Shown here: positions 12,330 to 23,744 of the stretch, in pieces | Position numbering within the stretch: position 1 is the first letter of the stretch | Layout: each line of letters starts with the position of its first letter | Assembly (NCBI RefSeq): GCF_006345805.1 | Contig: NC_043006.1 | Coordinates: 84,196,001-84,260,000 of the forward strand | DNA from: Octopus sinensis | Lineage: Eukaryota | Length of the DNA stretch: 64,000 bases | Direction of reading: 5' to 3' | The notes under the pieces: generated by a model | The model's database searches: none | Told to the model about the DNA's origin: nothing | The model's input: only the letters and a program-made list of their open reading frames with translations | Position numbers and translations under genes: made by a program

Positions 12330-12744
12330 TTAATCTTTAAAATGAAGAAGGTGAATATTGATACAAATTGGATTTTTATGTAAAAAGGGGTCTAAATGGG
12401 GCTGGAAGGGGATTAAAATTTACAGGAGGGCGTAGTTGAGGTGAGAAATTAATTGGGAGACGTTTTGGGGTACTACAGTGGTTGCTTTGCTGTGAAAACG
12501 GGGATTTTATTGATTTTTGGGGACACTTGGGGGGTCTAGATTGGACACCTTTTGCCCGATTTCAATCAAATTTTCAACATGGTAAAGTGGAAGCGGATTT
12601 GTAATTTAAGCGTGGAAAAAGGGTTCGAAAATTTTGAAAATTAAGGCAAGATTTAAGGAACAGAAAGGAAGGAACAGAAAAGAAGCAACAGAAAGTAACA
12701 ACCACACCCTCACCCGTGCGTAGAGTGGGTCACCTTAAGCTAGT
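12330..12744 (-). mobile_element. Lep1-like non-autonomous Helitron
   Basis: The minus strand starts ACTAGCTTAAGGTGACCCACTCTACGCACGGGT (5' ACTAG plus hairpin). Homologous to the + copy at 29767-30338. Confidence 0.55.
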
Positions 12745-13059
12745 CTAGATTATAAAACTCGTTACATTATCATACTTTATCCTCCATTCTCCTTCAGCCA
12801 GAACATCGGTTTAAATCTTGATAATTTAATACCTCTATCAGCCATGGACATGTTTCTAAAATCAAAATAGAAACGAAATAAAACCCATGACTTTCAGAAA
12901 CATATTTTTGTGCTCATGGAAGCATGGAAGAAATTATTGGCATCAGTTGTTAAGTAAAGGATGCATTTAAGAGTTGTGAACTGCTTCCTTCAAAAATTCC
13001 AATCTTCCTGAAGTTTGTCAAAAGTACTTGTGATGTGCCTATGTACCCTTTTGTGTTTT

Positions 13060-13225
13060 CATGTGGCTTCATGTAAAAGTATCATGTAAAAGCACTCATG
13101 TGGTGCCATGTAAAAGCGCCCATGTGGTGCCATGTAAAAGTGTCCATGTGGTGTCATGTAAAAGTGCCCATGCAGTGCCACTTAAAAGTATCTATGTAGT
13201 GCTGCGTAAAAGCACCCATGTGCGG
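13060..13225 (+). repeat. About 24-bp tandem (catgtaaaagcacccatgtggtgc), about 6-7 degenerate units
   Basis: Visible periodicity. The unit equals the module motif of the family C 3' UTR. Confidence 0.75.
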
Positions 13226-13324
13226 CTGCTATTTCTTGCAGGTTGATTGAAAGACAACGATATACACACAAAAAGAATCTATGAAATCTATTAATTCAAA
13301 ATCAATAAGTAATAATTACATTAA

Positions 13325-13810
13325 TCATCATCATCATCATCATCATCATCATTGTTTAACATCTGCTTTCCATGCTAGCATGGGTTGGATGATTTGACTG
13401 AGAACTGGTGAACCAGATGGCTGCACCAGGCTCCAATCAGATCTGGCAGAGTTTCTACAGCTGGATGCCCTTCCTAATGCCAACCACTCCAAGAGTGTAA
13501 TGGGCGCTTTTACGTGCCACCGGCATGGGCGCCAGTCGCACGGTACTGGCAATGGCCATGCTAAAGTGGTGTTTTTTACGTGCCACCTGCACAGGAGCCA
13601 GTCCAGCGGCACCGGCAACGACCTTGCTCGAATGTTTTTTCACATGCCACCTGCACAAGTGCCAGTAAGGTAATGATCACGCTCAAATGGTGCTTTTTAT
13701 GTGCCACCGGCACGGAAGCCAGTTATCCACTCTGGCAATGATCAAACTCGGATGGTGCTCTTTGCGCTCCATTAGCATGGATGCCAGTCATCGAATCTGA
13801 TTTCAATTTG
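13325..13810 (-). mobile_element. RTE 3' UTR (family C) with 4-5 internal modules
   Basis: (cat)n tail, gatgcccttcctaatgccaaccac, repeated ttttacgtgccacc. Further copies: about 16600-16915(+), 20065-20340(-), 21075-21216(+), 25435-25700(-), 28100-28550(+), 29045-29410(+), 30918-31165(+). Confidence 0.8.
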
Positions 13811-14359
13811 ATTTCAATATAAAATGTTTTTCTTTTTAAATAATTATGCAAATAATCCAAATGATTAATGATTAATGCAGTTAATACTCAGTCTGAGCAA
13901 CTGTCAGTCAATGCCTTTAAGAACAAATGTAATGAAATAGGGAGCCAAAGTTTTGGCTTATTTGCTTGTGAATTTTGCACAAGACATCCAAGGGTCAAGT
14001 TTTCATCACCATTGTCATCGTTGTTATTATCGTTAGCATCTTCATCATCATCATCATTTCATATGTACTTTCCATGCTGGACTAGGTAGGATGGTTTGAT
14101 ATTTTTCAATATATTGGAGGGCCATGTCTGCCTCTAATGTTTCCCTTTTTTTGTATGGTTTCTAAGGCTTGATGCCCTTCCTAACACGAACCATTTTACA
14201 GAGTGTACTGTGTACATTTTCCACAGCACCAGCACAAAAGAAGTTGTTTTACCATCAGCAAAACTAGTGTTGTTGCTCTTGAGATTGATTATCACTGCCT
14301 GGAATTGAACTCAGAATCTTTCAACCCAATATTTACATGACATTATTTATAGCTTTATA

Positions 14360-14476
14360 TCATAGTCCTCCAGGCAATAACAGAGGAATTCAAGACAGGA
14401 TGCCCCTGGGAACTTCTCTATGCTGATGACCTTGCTCTAATAGCTGAGTCACTAACAGAACTAGAGGAAAAGTTTC
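14360..14476 (+). mobile_element. RTE reverse-transcriptase fragment
   Basis: IVLQAITEEFKTGCPWELLYADDLALIAESLTELEEKF (YADD motif). Confidence 0.85.
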
Positions 14477-15188
14477 ACTGTTAGTGTGTGTTGGGTGCGT
14501 TTAGTGGCACCAGCACTGTTGGGGTTGCCTTGTAGCTTACAAAGCAGTGTGATAAAATAAGTATTTGTTAGTCTTTACTGAGTTGATTATATTGTATACA
14601 CTTGATTCTCTGAAGAAAACCCCAAAAATCTTTTGTATAGATGCAAGAGTGACTATGTGGTAAGTATCTTGCTTACCAACCACATGGTTCCGGGTTCATT
14701 CCCGCTGCGTGGCACCTTGGGCAAGTGTCTTCTACTATAGCTTTGGGCCGACCAAAGCCTTCTGAGTGTATTTGGTTGACGGAAACTGAAAGAAGCCTGT
14801 TGTATATATGTATATAGATGTATGTGTGTGTATATGTTTATGTGTGTCCCTCTAACATCGCTTGACAACCGATAACCGATGGTGGTGTCTTTATGTCCCC
14901 ATAACTTAGCGGTTCAGCAAAAGAGACTGATAGAATAAGTACTAAGTTTCCAAAGAATAAGTCCTGGGGCCAATTTGCTCGACTAAAGGCGGTGCTCCAG
15001 GATGGCCACAGTCAAATGACTGAAACAAATAAAAGAGTAAAAGAGTATATGTAAACAGTAAGTATTTTCTCATTACACAGAAAGAATTTAAACAAAATGT
15101 TAAAGAATTTGATTTTTTTAAATATGGTTTTTTAGTTTTTAATCAAGGAAACTATTCTTTAATTCTAATTTTTTTGTCTCTTCCATAG

Positions 15189-15298
15189 ATTTCTGTTCTG
15201 GATGCTGTCCCAAATATTAACATGTTGTTTCTCCTGCCTGATATTCTTGATGGGCTCTTTCGAATTTTGGGAGATTCAAACCCAGAAATTAGCAAAAG
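15189..15298 (+). CDS. VAC14: VAC14 exon e4 (110 nt, phase 0-2)
   Basis: ttccatag|ATT...AAAAG|gtaagt. [36 protein letters not shown](S). Confidence 0.96.
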
Positions 15299-15706
15299 GT
15301 AAGTTATATGTTTGTCTTTGTATATCTTCAATCAGAATCCACAGTTTAAATTGTATGGTTGCATCACACATCCCTTAATCAATTATAATCCTGAGTCTAC
15401 AAAGGTTCTAAGACATGTACCCTTTTCTCTCCATCTTGTTTCACCCATCAACTAAGGAACCCATAAATTTCTGAGATGAAGAGTTTTTGTTATTTTGTTT
15501 TCATATTAGAAAGCCCCAAACATGGCAAGAAGCCACTTAATATAAGAGACTACGAAGAAGGAGAAATTAAGATGAAAGAAATGAATTTACTTTGGACTTG
15601 AAAGAGTTCTGGTCATAAGAAGGAGGAAAACAATGAGATGGGAGGGAGCTTCGAAGTCTAGCAGTTCAAGGGAAAGAGCTATGACTATAGAAAGACTTCC
15701 TTATAA

Positions 15707-15937
15707 GGCAGTGAGCTGGCAGAGACGTTAGCACGCCGGGCGATATGCTTAGTGGTATTTCGTCTGCCGCTATGTTCTGAGTTCAAATTCTGCCGAGGTC
15801 GACTTTGCCTTTCATCCTTTCGGGGTCGATTAAATAAGTACCAGTTACGCGCTGGGGTCGATGTAATCGACTTAATCCGTTTGTTTGTCTTTGTTTGTCC
15901 CCTCTGTGCTTAGCCCCTTGTGGGCAATAAACAAATA
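15707..15937 (+). mobile_element. tRNA-derived SINE (family B)
   Basis: ggcagtgagctggcag...gagttcaaattc...gtcgactttgcctttcatcctttcggggtcgat...aaagaaata. Other copies: 18539-18768(+), 28275-28504(+), 30437-30667(+), about 32795-32958(-, partial), 44738-44968(-), 47233-47463(+), 56015-56246(-). Confidence 0.85.
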
Positions 15938-16301
15938 AGAAAGACTTCCTTATTCATGGAAGCACAACGGCATTTGGATGAAGATGCTGTGAGTTTTGAG
16001 TCAGATGAGATGGCACTAAGTGGTCTGGAACTAAGAGAGAAAGTTCATCAGAGCATTTCCTGTAGCAGTAATGGTAGAAAAGACTTAAGATTGGTGACAT
16101 CACATCGATGTGACAAGGGTTGCAGAGTTGAAACAAGAGAGGAACCAATTATTGTTATTTTACACTAAAGGGGCAGTGAATTGGCAGTATTCATTCTAGT
16201 TCTATACTTTCTGAGTTCAAATCCCACTGAGATCAGTCTTCCGAGGTCAATAAAATAAAGTCTCTGTCAAATATTTAGGGCTGATGGTAACAACTAGTTT
16301 T

Positions 16302-16566
16302 GTACGGTTCTGTATTTAAGAGATGAGGAATTATGTACATTATTTACATTATTTACATTTGACAGATATTTGTCCTCATCTTGTTTGTTGTTAACACAAC
16401 ATTTCTGCTGATACACCCTCTAGCTTTCATCAGGTATTTTGGGGTAATTTCAAACCTGGGTTCTCATTCTTAAGGTATTTTTTGATGTTACTACTGCTAC
16501 TGCTGCTGTTGCCGCCGCCACCACCACCACTACTCAGGTCACTGCCTGGAATTGAACTTGGAATCT
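16302..16566 (-). mobile_element. Family F SINE: tRNA-like half head, trinucleotide spacer, hammerhead-bearing tail
   Basis: The minus strand reads gattccaagttcaattccaggcagtgacctgag...(agt/ggt)n...gagaacccagg...CTGATGA...GAAA...gatgaggacaaatatc...atctcttaaatacagaacc. Confidence 0.85.
16393..16438 (-). ncRNA. Type I minimal hammerhead ribozyme motif (decayed copy)
   Basis: aatac CTGATGA a agcta gagggtgtat cagca GAAA tgtt gtgtt. The core is intact; helix II and the ACGT palindrome carry CpG-type mutations. Confidence 0.65.
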
Positions 16567-17022
16567 TTCAACCCAATATTTACATGACATTATTTATAGC
16601 TGGTGGCATGTAAAAAGTACAATTTTAGTGTGGTTGTTGCCAGTGCTGCCTGACTGGCTCCCATGCTGGTGGCACATAAAAAGCACCATTCAAGCATGGT
16701 CAATGCCAGTACCACCTGACTGGCCCTCCTGCCGATGGCATGTAAAAAGCACCCACTATGCTCTCAGAGCAGTTGGCATTAGGAAGGGCATCCAGCTGTA
16801 GAAACCTTGCCAGATCAGATTAGAGCTTGGTACCACCTTCTGCTCTACCAGTCCTCAGTCAAACCGTCCAACCTTTGCCAGCATGGAAAGTGGATGTTAA
16901 ACGATGACAATGATGTATTTTGAGAGCCAATTAAAAAATAAAAAAAAATTCATGTTCTCTTGAGCATTTATAAATTCTTACGGCTTTAACATATATCTAT
17001 GTTTTTCTTTTTCTTTGTCTAG

Positions 17023-17129
17023 TTGTGAGAATGTGTTTAATTCATTTTTATCTGGCATACGGAAGTCCAAAAATGGTGTTAACTTTCATGGAATGGGTAA
17101 CATACTCATAGTTCACAGTCAAAGTTCAG
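17023..17129 (+). CDS. VAC14: VAC14 exon e5 (107 nt, phase 2-1)
   Basis: ctttgtctag|T TGT...TCA G|gtgaga. CENVFNSFLSGIRKSKNGVNFHGMGNILIVHSQSS (human [35 protein letters not shown]). Confidence 0.95.
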
Positions 17130-17857
17130 GTGAGATAATGACATTTTTCTTTTCCATTGCTCTTCATTTCTGTTGCATAGTATCTATCAAGCATTACTTG
17201 TCTTTTAACTGTCGCCTGTTACTGTTGCATATTTGTGCATAATGTGATATGTTCATATTATACAAGCTAATGGAACTAGCAATCTCACATACAATAGCTG
17301 AACCATGTAGATATTCCATGGCTTAAGTGGAAACGACCATCAGGTATTAAGTATGAATATGACATACTAAATGATTTATTCATGCACGCACACACACACA
17401 CACACAATATATATATATATGAAGCACTTAATTGCATATATACCACGAATCAAAATAAATCTAATGAATCTAACAAATAGCTGAAACAACCAAGAGGGAG
17501 TACCATACTCATTGAGGATAAGCAATTTTTTGTCAGAGTAAGTGCACCTTTAGTTCCTATACATATAGATGTTAATGGCATGTGCACATATATACATTCT
17601 CTCCCCCTTCTCCTACTCTCTCTTTTACACATACACACACACACACACATAGCTAGTTGTCATCTGAGTGTGTGTGTATAGGTGTGTTTGCATATGTTCA
17701 TCTGCTTGTAGCATTCGTTTGAATCTGTCTGTTTGTCTCCATATCACACAACACTTTTTCCAAGTGTGACAGAATTTATCATAAACATTTTAATAATAAT
17801 GATAATAATAATAATAATAATAATATATATATATATGTGTGTGTGTGCACATACACA

Positions 17858-18065
17858 CAGGGTGTCCATAAGCTGTCTTAACAACTTCAACTAGCAATGT
17901 TTGAATGTGTTGTGCAACCAATGTAGCCCACATGGAAGCATTCTTATAAAATAATAAAACTTTATTTGTTTGCCTATGTTTTCCAATAAATTTTGTTGAG
18001 TTATCCTAATTTTAAAAAAATGTTTTGAAGTTTTTAAATTGTAAAGGTAATTTATGGACACCCTG
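17858..18065. mobile_element. Tc1/mariner-type MITE
   Basis: 14-bp TIR cagggtgtccataa / ttatggacaccctg, followed by TA on the right. Confidence 0.75.
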
Positions 18066-19348
18066 TATATGTATGTCATTATTCAGTTTTATTTCAAGAT
18101 TTCTTGTAATAAAGAGCAGGTTTCTAACTTAGATTCAAGCCTCCTTCATTGGAATTTCAGCAACATCAACCAAGTATTTTTTCTATGTATGTACATGTGT
18201 AGATTTGCATGCTTTGTTTTATGTATGCATTCTCATGCATCTAGTTGCATGACTAGACATGCTCATATATACTTAAATGGTAAACCTCTGGAAAGTTTTA
18301 CAGTTGAATCTGCAGTCTTTAAATCAGCTTTCTCCTTTTTGGTTTTGAGAAGCTTAAATTCTCAAGATTCGTACTTAGGCAGTGTGTTTGCCCAAATAAT
18401 TACAGGTATAAACTTGAATTTGTAATCAGGATAGAGTAACTGTAAATTTATCAATCATTCAGTGTAGGTATTTTCTTTTTTGTTGATCTTTAGTTCTATG
18501 TTAACATTACTGGGCTTTTGGATGGCATGGTTAGTGAAGGCAGTGAGCTGACAGAATTGTTAGCACACCATGCGAAATTCTTTGCGGTATTTCGTCCGCT
18601 GTTGCATTCTGAGTTCAAATTCCACGAGGTCGACTTTGCCTTTCATCTTTTCGGGGTCAATAAATTAAGTACTAGTTACGCACTGGGGTCGATGTAATCG
18701 ACTTAATCCGTTTGCCTGTCCTTGTTTGTCCCCTCTGTGTTTAGCCCCTTGTGGGTAGTAAAGAAATAGGTATAGTGAAGGGAAGAGATGGTGGGGAAAT
18801 GAAATGGTACAGAATAGGTACAACAATGTAGGGGGCCAAATGGTAGGGGAATGTGAGGGTGTAAAATGGGCAATAGATAGGGGTGGGATATGTGCACTAT
18901 GCAATAATGCACACATACATGCATGCATGCAGACTTGTGCCTCTGAAGGTTATTTTCTAGGTGCAGACCATGGTCATTCATGACCCAAGGGGGTCTTTAT
19001 CCTATTTTGATGATGATGATGTACACACACACACAACACACCACACATACACACAGACACACACACATACATGCATTATTTAAGTATATATGTGCATGTC
19101 TACACATGCAACTATATGCTTGAGAATACATAAAAAAACATACAAATCTGCATGTGCACTGGCTACAAATACTGCACATGTACATGCACATGCAAAAATA
19201 CCCTGTTGATGTTGTTGAAATTTCACTGGTCTAGGTTAGAAACCGCTCTTTCTCTATTGGCATGAAATCTTGAAATAAAATTGAATAATGACATACATAC
19301 ATACACCAATATGCAAACGTCACAATGATTTTCTTTTAATGATTTCAG

Positions 19349-19487
19349 AGGATTTAATTCAACATATTGCCCTCACCTGGCTTCATGAGTTCGTTATGTT
19401 GTCTGGAAGAACAATGCTACCATTTGCATCAGGAATCATCAATGCCACTTTGCCATGTTTAGCATATAGTGACACTTCACAAAGACA
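19349..19487 (+). CDS. VAC14: VAC14 exon e6 (139 nt, phase 1-2), followed by a U12-type donor
   Basis: gatttcag|AG GAT...AGA CA|gtatcctttc. (E)DLIQHIALTWLHEFVMLSGRTMLPFASGIINATLPCLAYSDTSQR(Q). The frame read into the intron stops at 19501-19503. Confidence 0.93.
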
Positions 19488-19496
19488 GTATCCTTT
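19488..19496 (+). other. U12-type 5' splice site GTATCCTTT
   Basis: Exact match to the minor-intron donor consensus RTATCCTTT, at the point where VAC14 homology ends. Confidence 0.9.
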
Positions 19497-19560
19497 CAAT
19501 TAATTGGTTCAGTTAAATCTCTTGCAGAAACCTTGACAATGGTTGTATAGTATTGATAAC

Positions 19561-19713
<153 letters not shown>

Positions 19714-20618
19714 ATCATGATCACTCTATACTTCAGTTTTGATCCATAGATCGAAGCAAGTATTGATATTGACACTGTGTAGATGCCGGTACAGCTGTAT
19801 GGTTAAGAAGTTTAATTCCCAAGCACAAGGTTCCAGGTTCAGTTACTGCATGGCAGCTTTGGCAAGTGTCTTCTACTATAACCCTGGGCTGACCAAGACC
19901 TTATGAGTGGATATGATTGATAGAAACTGAAAGAAGTTCATTATGTGTGTGTGTAAGTTTGTATCTCTTTGTCTTGATAGTTGTAAATGAGAGTCACTGT
20001 CATACAAGCAGTGGTGTTTTATACACACACACACGCATACATGTGTGTGTGTGTGTATTCTCATTTAACATCTGTTATCCATGCTGGCATGGGTTGGATG
20101 GTTTTCTATGGCCGGATGCCCTTCCTAACGCCAACCACTCTGAGAGTGTAAATGGGTGCTTTTATGTGCCACTGGCACGGGTGCCATTTGTATAACACCG
20201 GTATCTGCCATGGCTGTGATTTTGCTCGGCTTCATTAGTCTTCTTCTCAAGCACAACATAATGCCAAAGGTCTCGGTCATTGCTTCTTTGATGCCCAACA
20301 CTTAAGAAGAAGGCCCAACACTCAAAAGGAATGTGGCCTAACACTTTATTGGCTCAAAAAGCAAAAGCAAGGCCATGTAGGGGGACAGGGAGTTATGTAC
20401 AGGGAGGGTGGTCATACAAAGAGTTCAGGCCATTTCTGGTCAAGAGAGACTTTGAACCAAGCGGTCGTCGGCATCTTCACTATCTCGTCCGGCAGCTTAT
20501 TCCACGGATCCGCAACCCGGACGGAGAAAGCCCCTCTCCTTCGATTGAGATGAAATCATACATATATATGTATGTATGTATGTATGTACATCTAAATATA
20601 TTTATATAGATATTTATA

Positions 20619-21315
20619 CAGGGTGGGCCAAAATTAGTGCCCCAATTCAAGGTTTTGAAAATTCAATGATTTTGTAGGTGCTGATCAAGGAAGTTTCTTA
20701 CACATTTGTCATAATGAGGAGTTGCTCCATCTTGCACAAAGATTTTGGAATGATGGTATCGAAAATACGTCAAATGATGTTTTCACATATCACATAACGA
20801 TCACCAGTCATCGTCTCTCATTGAATATGGAATGCACCAATTCCTGAAGACGATATCGCCGCCCAAATGACAAGAGAAGGTGAATTGACGTGCTTTTCCC
20901 AAACCACTATAGGGTCATCTTCTGAATAATAGATGCAGTTATGGCGATTGATGTGACCAGAATGGCGATTGATGTTGCTTCATCAGAGGAAATGAGTCGA
21001 TCACAAAATCTGGAATCTCTGGCTTCTGCCAGCATTCTCACACAAAATTCGACACATCGACTAATCAACAACATATATGGTTGGCGTTAGGAAGGGCATC
21101 CAGCCGTAGAAACATTGCCAGATCAGACTGGGCCTGGTGCAGCCTTCTGGCTTCCCAGACCCCAGTTGAATCGTCCAACCCATGCCAGCATGGAAAGCGG
21201 ATGCTAAACAATGATGATATAGAAATAATAACAGCATGCATAAAGAAACTACAGAACTAATAGACATGTTTAATTGGGACACATAAAGTTGGGGCACTAA
21301 TTTTGGCTCACCCAG
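20619..21315 (-). mobile_element. Internally deleted Tc1/mariner (DD41D-like) element with a nested family C insert
   Basis: TA|cagggtgggccaaaattagtgccccaa ... ttggggcactaattttggctcacccag|TA (about 27-bp TIR, 2 mismatches). The minus strand has a QDGATPHY-like motif near 20740. Confidence 0.8.
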
Positions 21316-21381
21316 TATATATGTGTGTATGTATATATTTGTATACGTCAAAGATGATGCAAAAAAAAGAAAAGAAAAATG

Positions 21382-21390
21382 TTCCTTAGT
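21382..21390 (+). other. U12-type branch point TTCCTTAGT
   Basis: Resembles consensus TTCCTTAAC. It is preceded by an A-rich tract instead of a polypyrimidine tract and lies 7 and 13 nt from two candidate AGs. Confidence 0.8.
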
Positions 21391-21401
21391 ACCAGAAACA
21401 G

Positions 21402-21554
21402 AGTCAAAGAAGCAGCAAAGCTTCTAAATACACGAATGATGCAGATAGTAGATTCTAGGGACGACCAACTCCCAGTCAGCAGCAAGAGTTCTGATGCCTC
21501 TGTTACCACTAGTCCAGAATCTGGTGAAATATCCAAAGAATCCGGTGATCTTCG
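21402..21554 (+). CDS. VAC14: VAC14 exon e7 (153 nt, phase 2-2; alternative in-frame start at 21396)
   Basis: gttccttagtaccag|aaacag|A GTC AAA...CTT CG|gtaagt. VKEAAKLLNTRMMQIVDSRDDQLPVSSKSSDASVTTSPESGEISKESGDL(R); human equivalent [23 protein letters not shown] plus linker. Confidence 0.88.
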
Positions 21555-22229
21555 GTAAGTTATTTTGCGCTCATGGAACTCATCCACCATTGGCAAGTTA
21601 CATTTTGAAATCCTGCTGGGTGCTTACACACTGTCCTCACTACGCAAACCCATTAAGGGCACAGCCTTAGTCGACAACCACCCCAACATGACCAGGTAGT
21701 ACTGGATTACTTGATTACCAGTTGAAAAATTCTGTCTTTGGTCCTGAGCTGCCATGATAAAAAATGACACCCTAATTTATTTATTTTCTTCACATGTGTG
21801 GTAAGAAGCTTGCTTCCCAACTACATGGTTCCAGGTTCAGTCCCACTGCAGGGCACTTTGGACAAGTGTCTTCTACTATAGCCTTGGGCTGACCAAAGCC
21901 TTGTGAGTGGATTTGGTTGATGGAAACTGATAGAAGCCCATCATATGTATATATATATGTATATATCTATATGTATGTGTGTCTGTTTGTCCCTCCACCA
22001 CTGCTAGACAGCTGGTGTTGGTGTGTTTATGTCCCCATAACTTAGCAGTTTGGGAAAAGTGACCAACAGAACAAGTACTAGGCCTAAAAAAATAAAGTCC
22101 TGAGGTTGATTTGCTCAACTGAAAAACCCTTCAAGGTGGTGCCCCTGTATGGCTACAGTCAAATGACTGAAACTTGTAAAAGATAGAAAAGATAGAAGAT
22201 ATTCCATTTTTCTTTCCTTTTCTTTTCAG

Positions 22230-22356
22230 AGATGAACAGTTGGATATTGCTTCCGTAATTAGTGTTCTCTGCCAGATGTTAACACACAACTCTATTCAAA
22301 CAAGGATTGCTGCTCTACAATGGTTCGGTCATCTTTTAAATAAAATTCCTATAAAG
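22230..22356 (+). CDS. VAC14: VAC14 exon e8 (127 nt, phase 2-0)
   Basis: tcttttcag|A GAT...AAG|gtaatt. DEQLDIASVISVLCQMLTHNSIQTRIAALQWFGHLLNKIPIK (human ...[20 protein letters not shown]). Confidence 0.95.
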
Positions 22357-22810
22357 GTAATTTCTAACTCATTTTTTTTTTCAAATTGAAGAGTCACATA
22401 AATATTGAATCTGTCATTCATTTTAATGTTTATTTTTCCATGCTTACATGGATCAGATGAGAGTACATTAGAGCAGAGTTTTCTGCAGCTGGATACCCAT
22501 TTTTGGCAGCCAACCCCTGTCTGTTTTGAAGTGAGATAATAATCTTCCAGTCTATTGAATAACAAACAACCCAGACTTAATAAGTATTGGGTCAATCTGT
22601 TTGACAAAAACTTTTCAAGACAGTGCCCCAGCATGGCCACAGTCCAATGATTGAAACAAGTAAAAGATAAAAGATGAAGATGGGCCCTGAGTTGAAAGCC
22701 CCTGTAGATTGTTTAATTGACCCTTGTTACTACTCTGAATCTCTAGCAGACATCATCACTTTTGCCCACCCCTAACCCTTTATAGAATGCTTAGGTTGAC
22801 TATTAGTGAA

Positions 22811-23120
22811 AGCATGTGGCTTAGTGGTTAGGGTATTCAGCTCATGATCATAAGGTTGTGAGTTTGATTCTCAGTGATATGTGTCCTTGAGCAAGACACT
22901 TTATTTCATGTTACTCTAATCCACTCATCTAGCAAAAAGGAGTTGTACTTGTATTTCAAATGGCCAGCCTTGTCCATTCATGCTGAATCTTCTTGAGAAC
23001 TATATTAAAGGTACATGTACCTGTGGAGTACTCAGCCCCTTGCATGTTAATTTCATAAGCAGGCTGTTCCATTGACCGACTCAACTGGAACCCTTGTCTT
23101 CGTAATTGACAGAGTGTCAG
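22811..23120 (+). mobile_element. CORE-like tRNA SINE (family D)
   Basis: gcatgtggcttagtggttaggg...gtgtccttgagcaagacactttatttca. Related copies about 40850-41072(-), 42965-43235(-), 55495-55628(-). Confidence 0.7.
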
Positions 23121-23200
23121 TGTCAGATTGACAAATTATAATCTTTGCTGTTTCTATATTCATGACTTATTTGATTTTTATTGTCACCATTCTCTTTCAG

Positions 23201-23266
23201 ACATTCCAGTACATTGATGACTTTTTCCCTTTATTCCTTCAAACCCTGAAAGACCCTTCTGATGAG
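23201..23266 (+). CDS. VAC14: VAC14 exon e9 (66 nt, phase 0-0)
   Basis: tctctttcag|ACA...GAG|gtaggt. TFQYIDDFFPLFLQTLKDPSDE. Confidence 0.96.
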
Positions 23267-23517
23267 GTAGGTCAAAAAATTAGAAACATCAATGTTTGTT
23301 TATTTCTTTAAAACTATTTCACCTCTAGAACTCACATACATACATTCAGGTATCTCAGTCGTCACACACATATATATATGTATGCGTAGATGTGTGTGTG
23401 TGTCTGTGTGTGTTTAATAACATACATAATGAAGCAAGACACATACACACAAAATGTCATGTGCTTTGTGGAAACATATGTAGCAATATATATATATGTA
23501 ATGAATTACTTTTGCAG

Positions 23518-23744
23518 GTTGTACTTCTTGATCTTGAAGCTCTTGCTGAAATTTCGTCCAATCCAGCTGGCAAACAAGCAAAACCTGGTTCCAGCACAGA
23601 AACATCCAGGAATGAAGACAAGAGTGCCAACACAAAGGTCCTCACTAGTCTTAATCACTACTTTGATAAATTCATGAGAGAACTCATTCAGTTATTTCAT
23701 CGGGAACAAAACCTGCTGGAAGAAAAAGGGACCTTTATACTACG
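23518..23744 (+). CDS. VAC14: VAC14 exon e10 (227 nt, phase 0-2)
   Basis: ttttgcag|GTT...CTA CG|gtaagg. VVLLDLEALAEISSNPAG...LNHYFDKFMRELIQLFHREQNLLEEKGTFIL(R). Confidence 0.96.
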
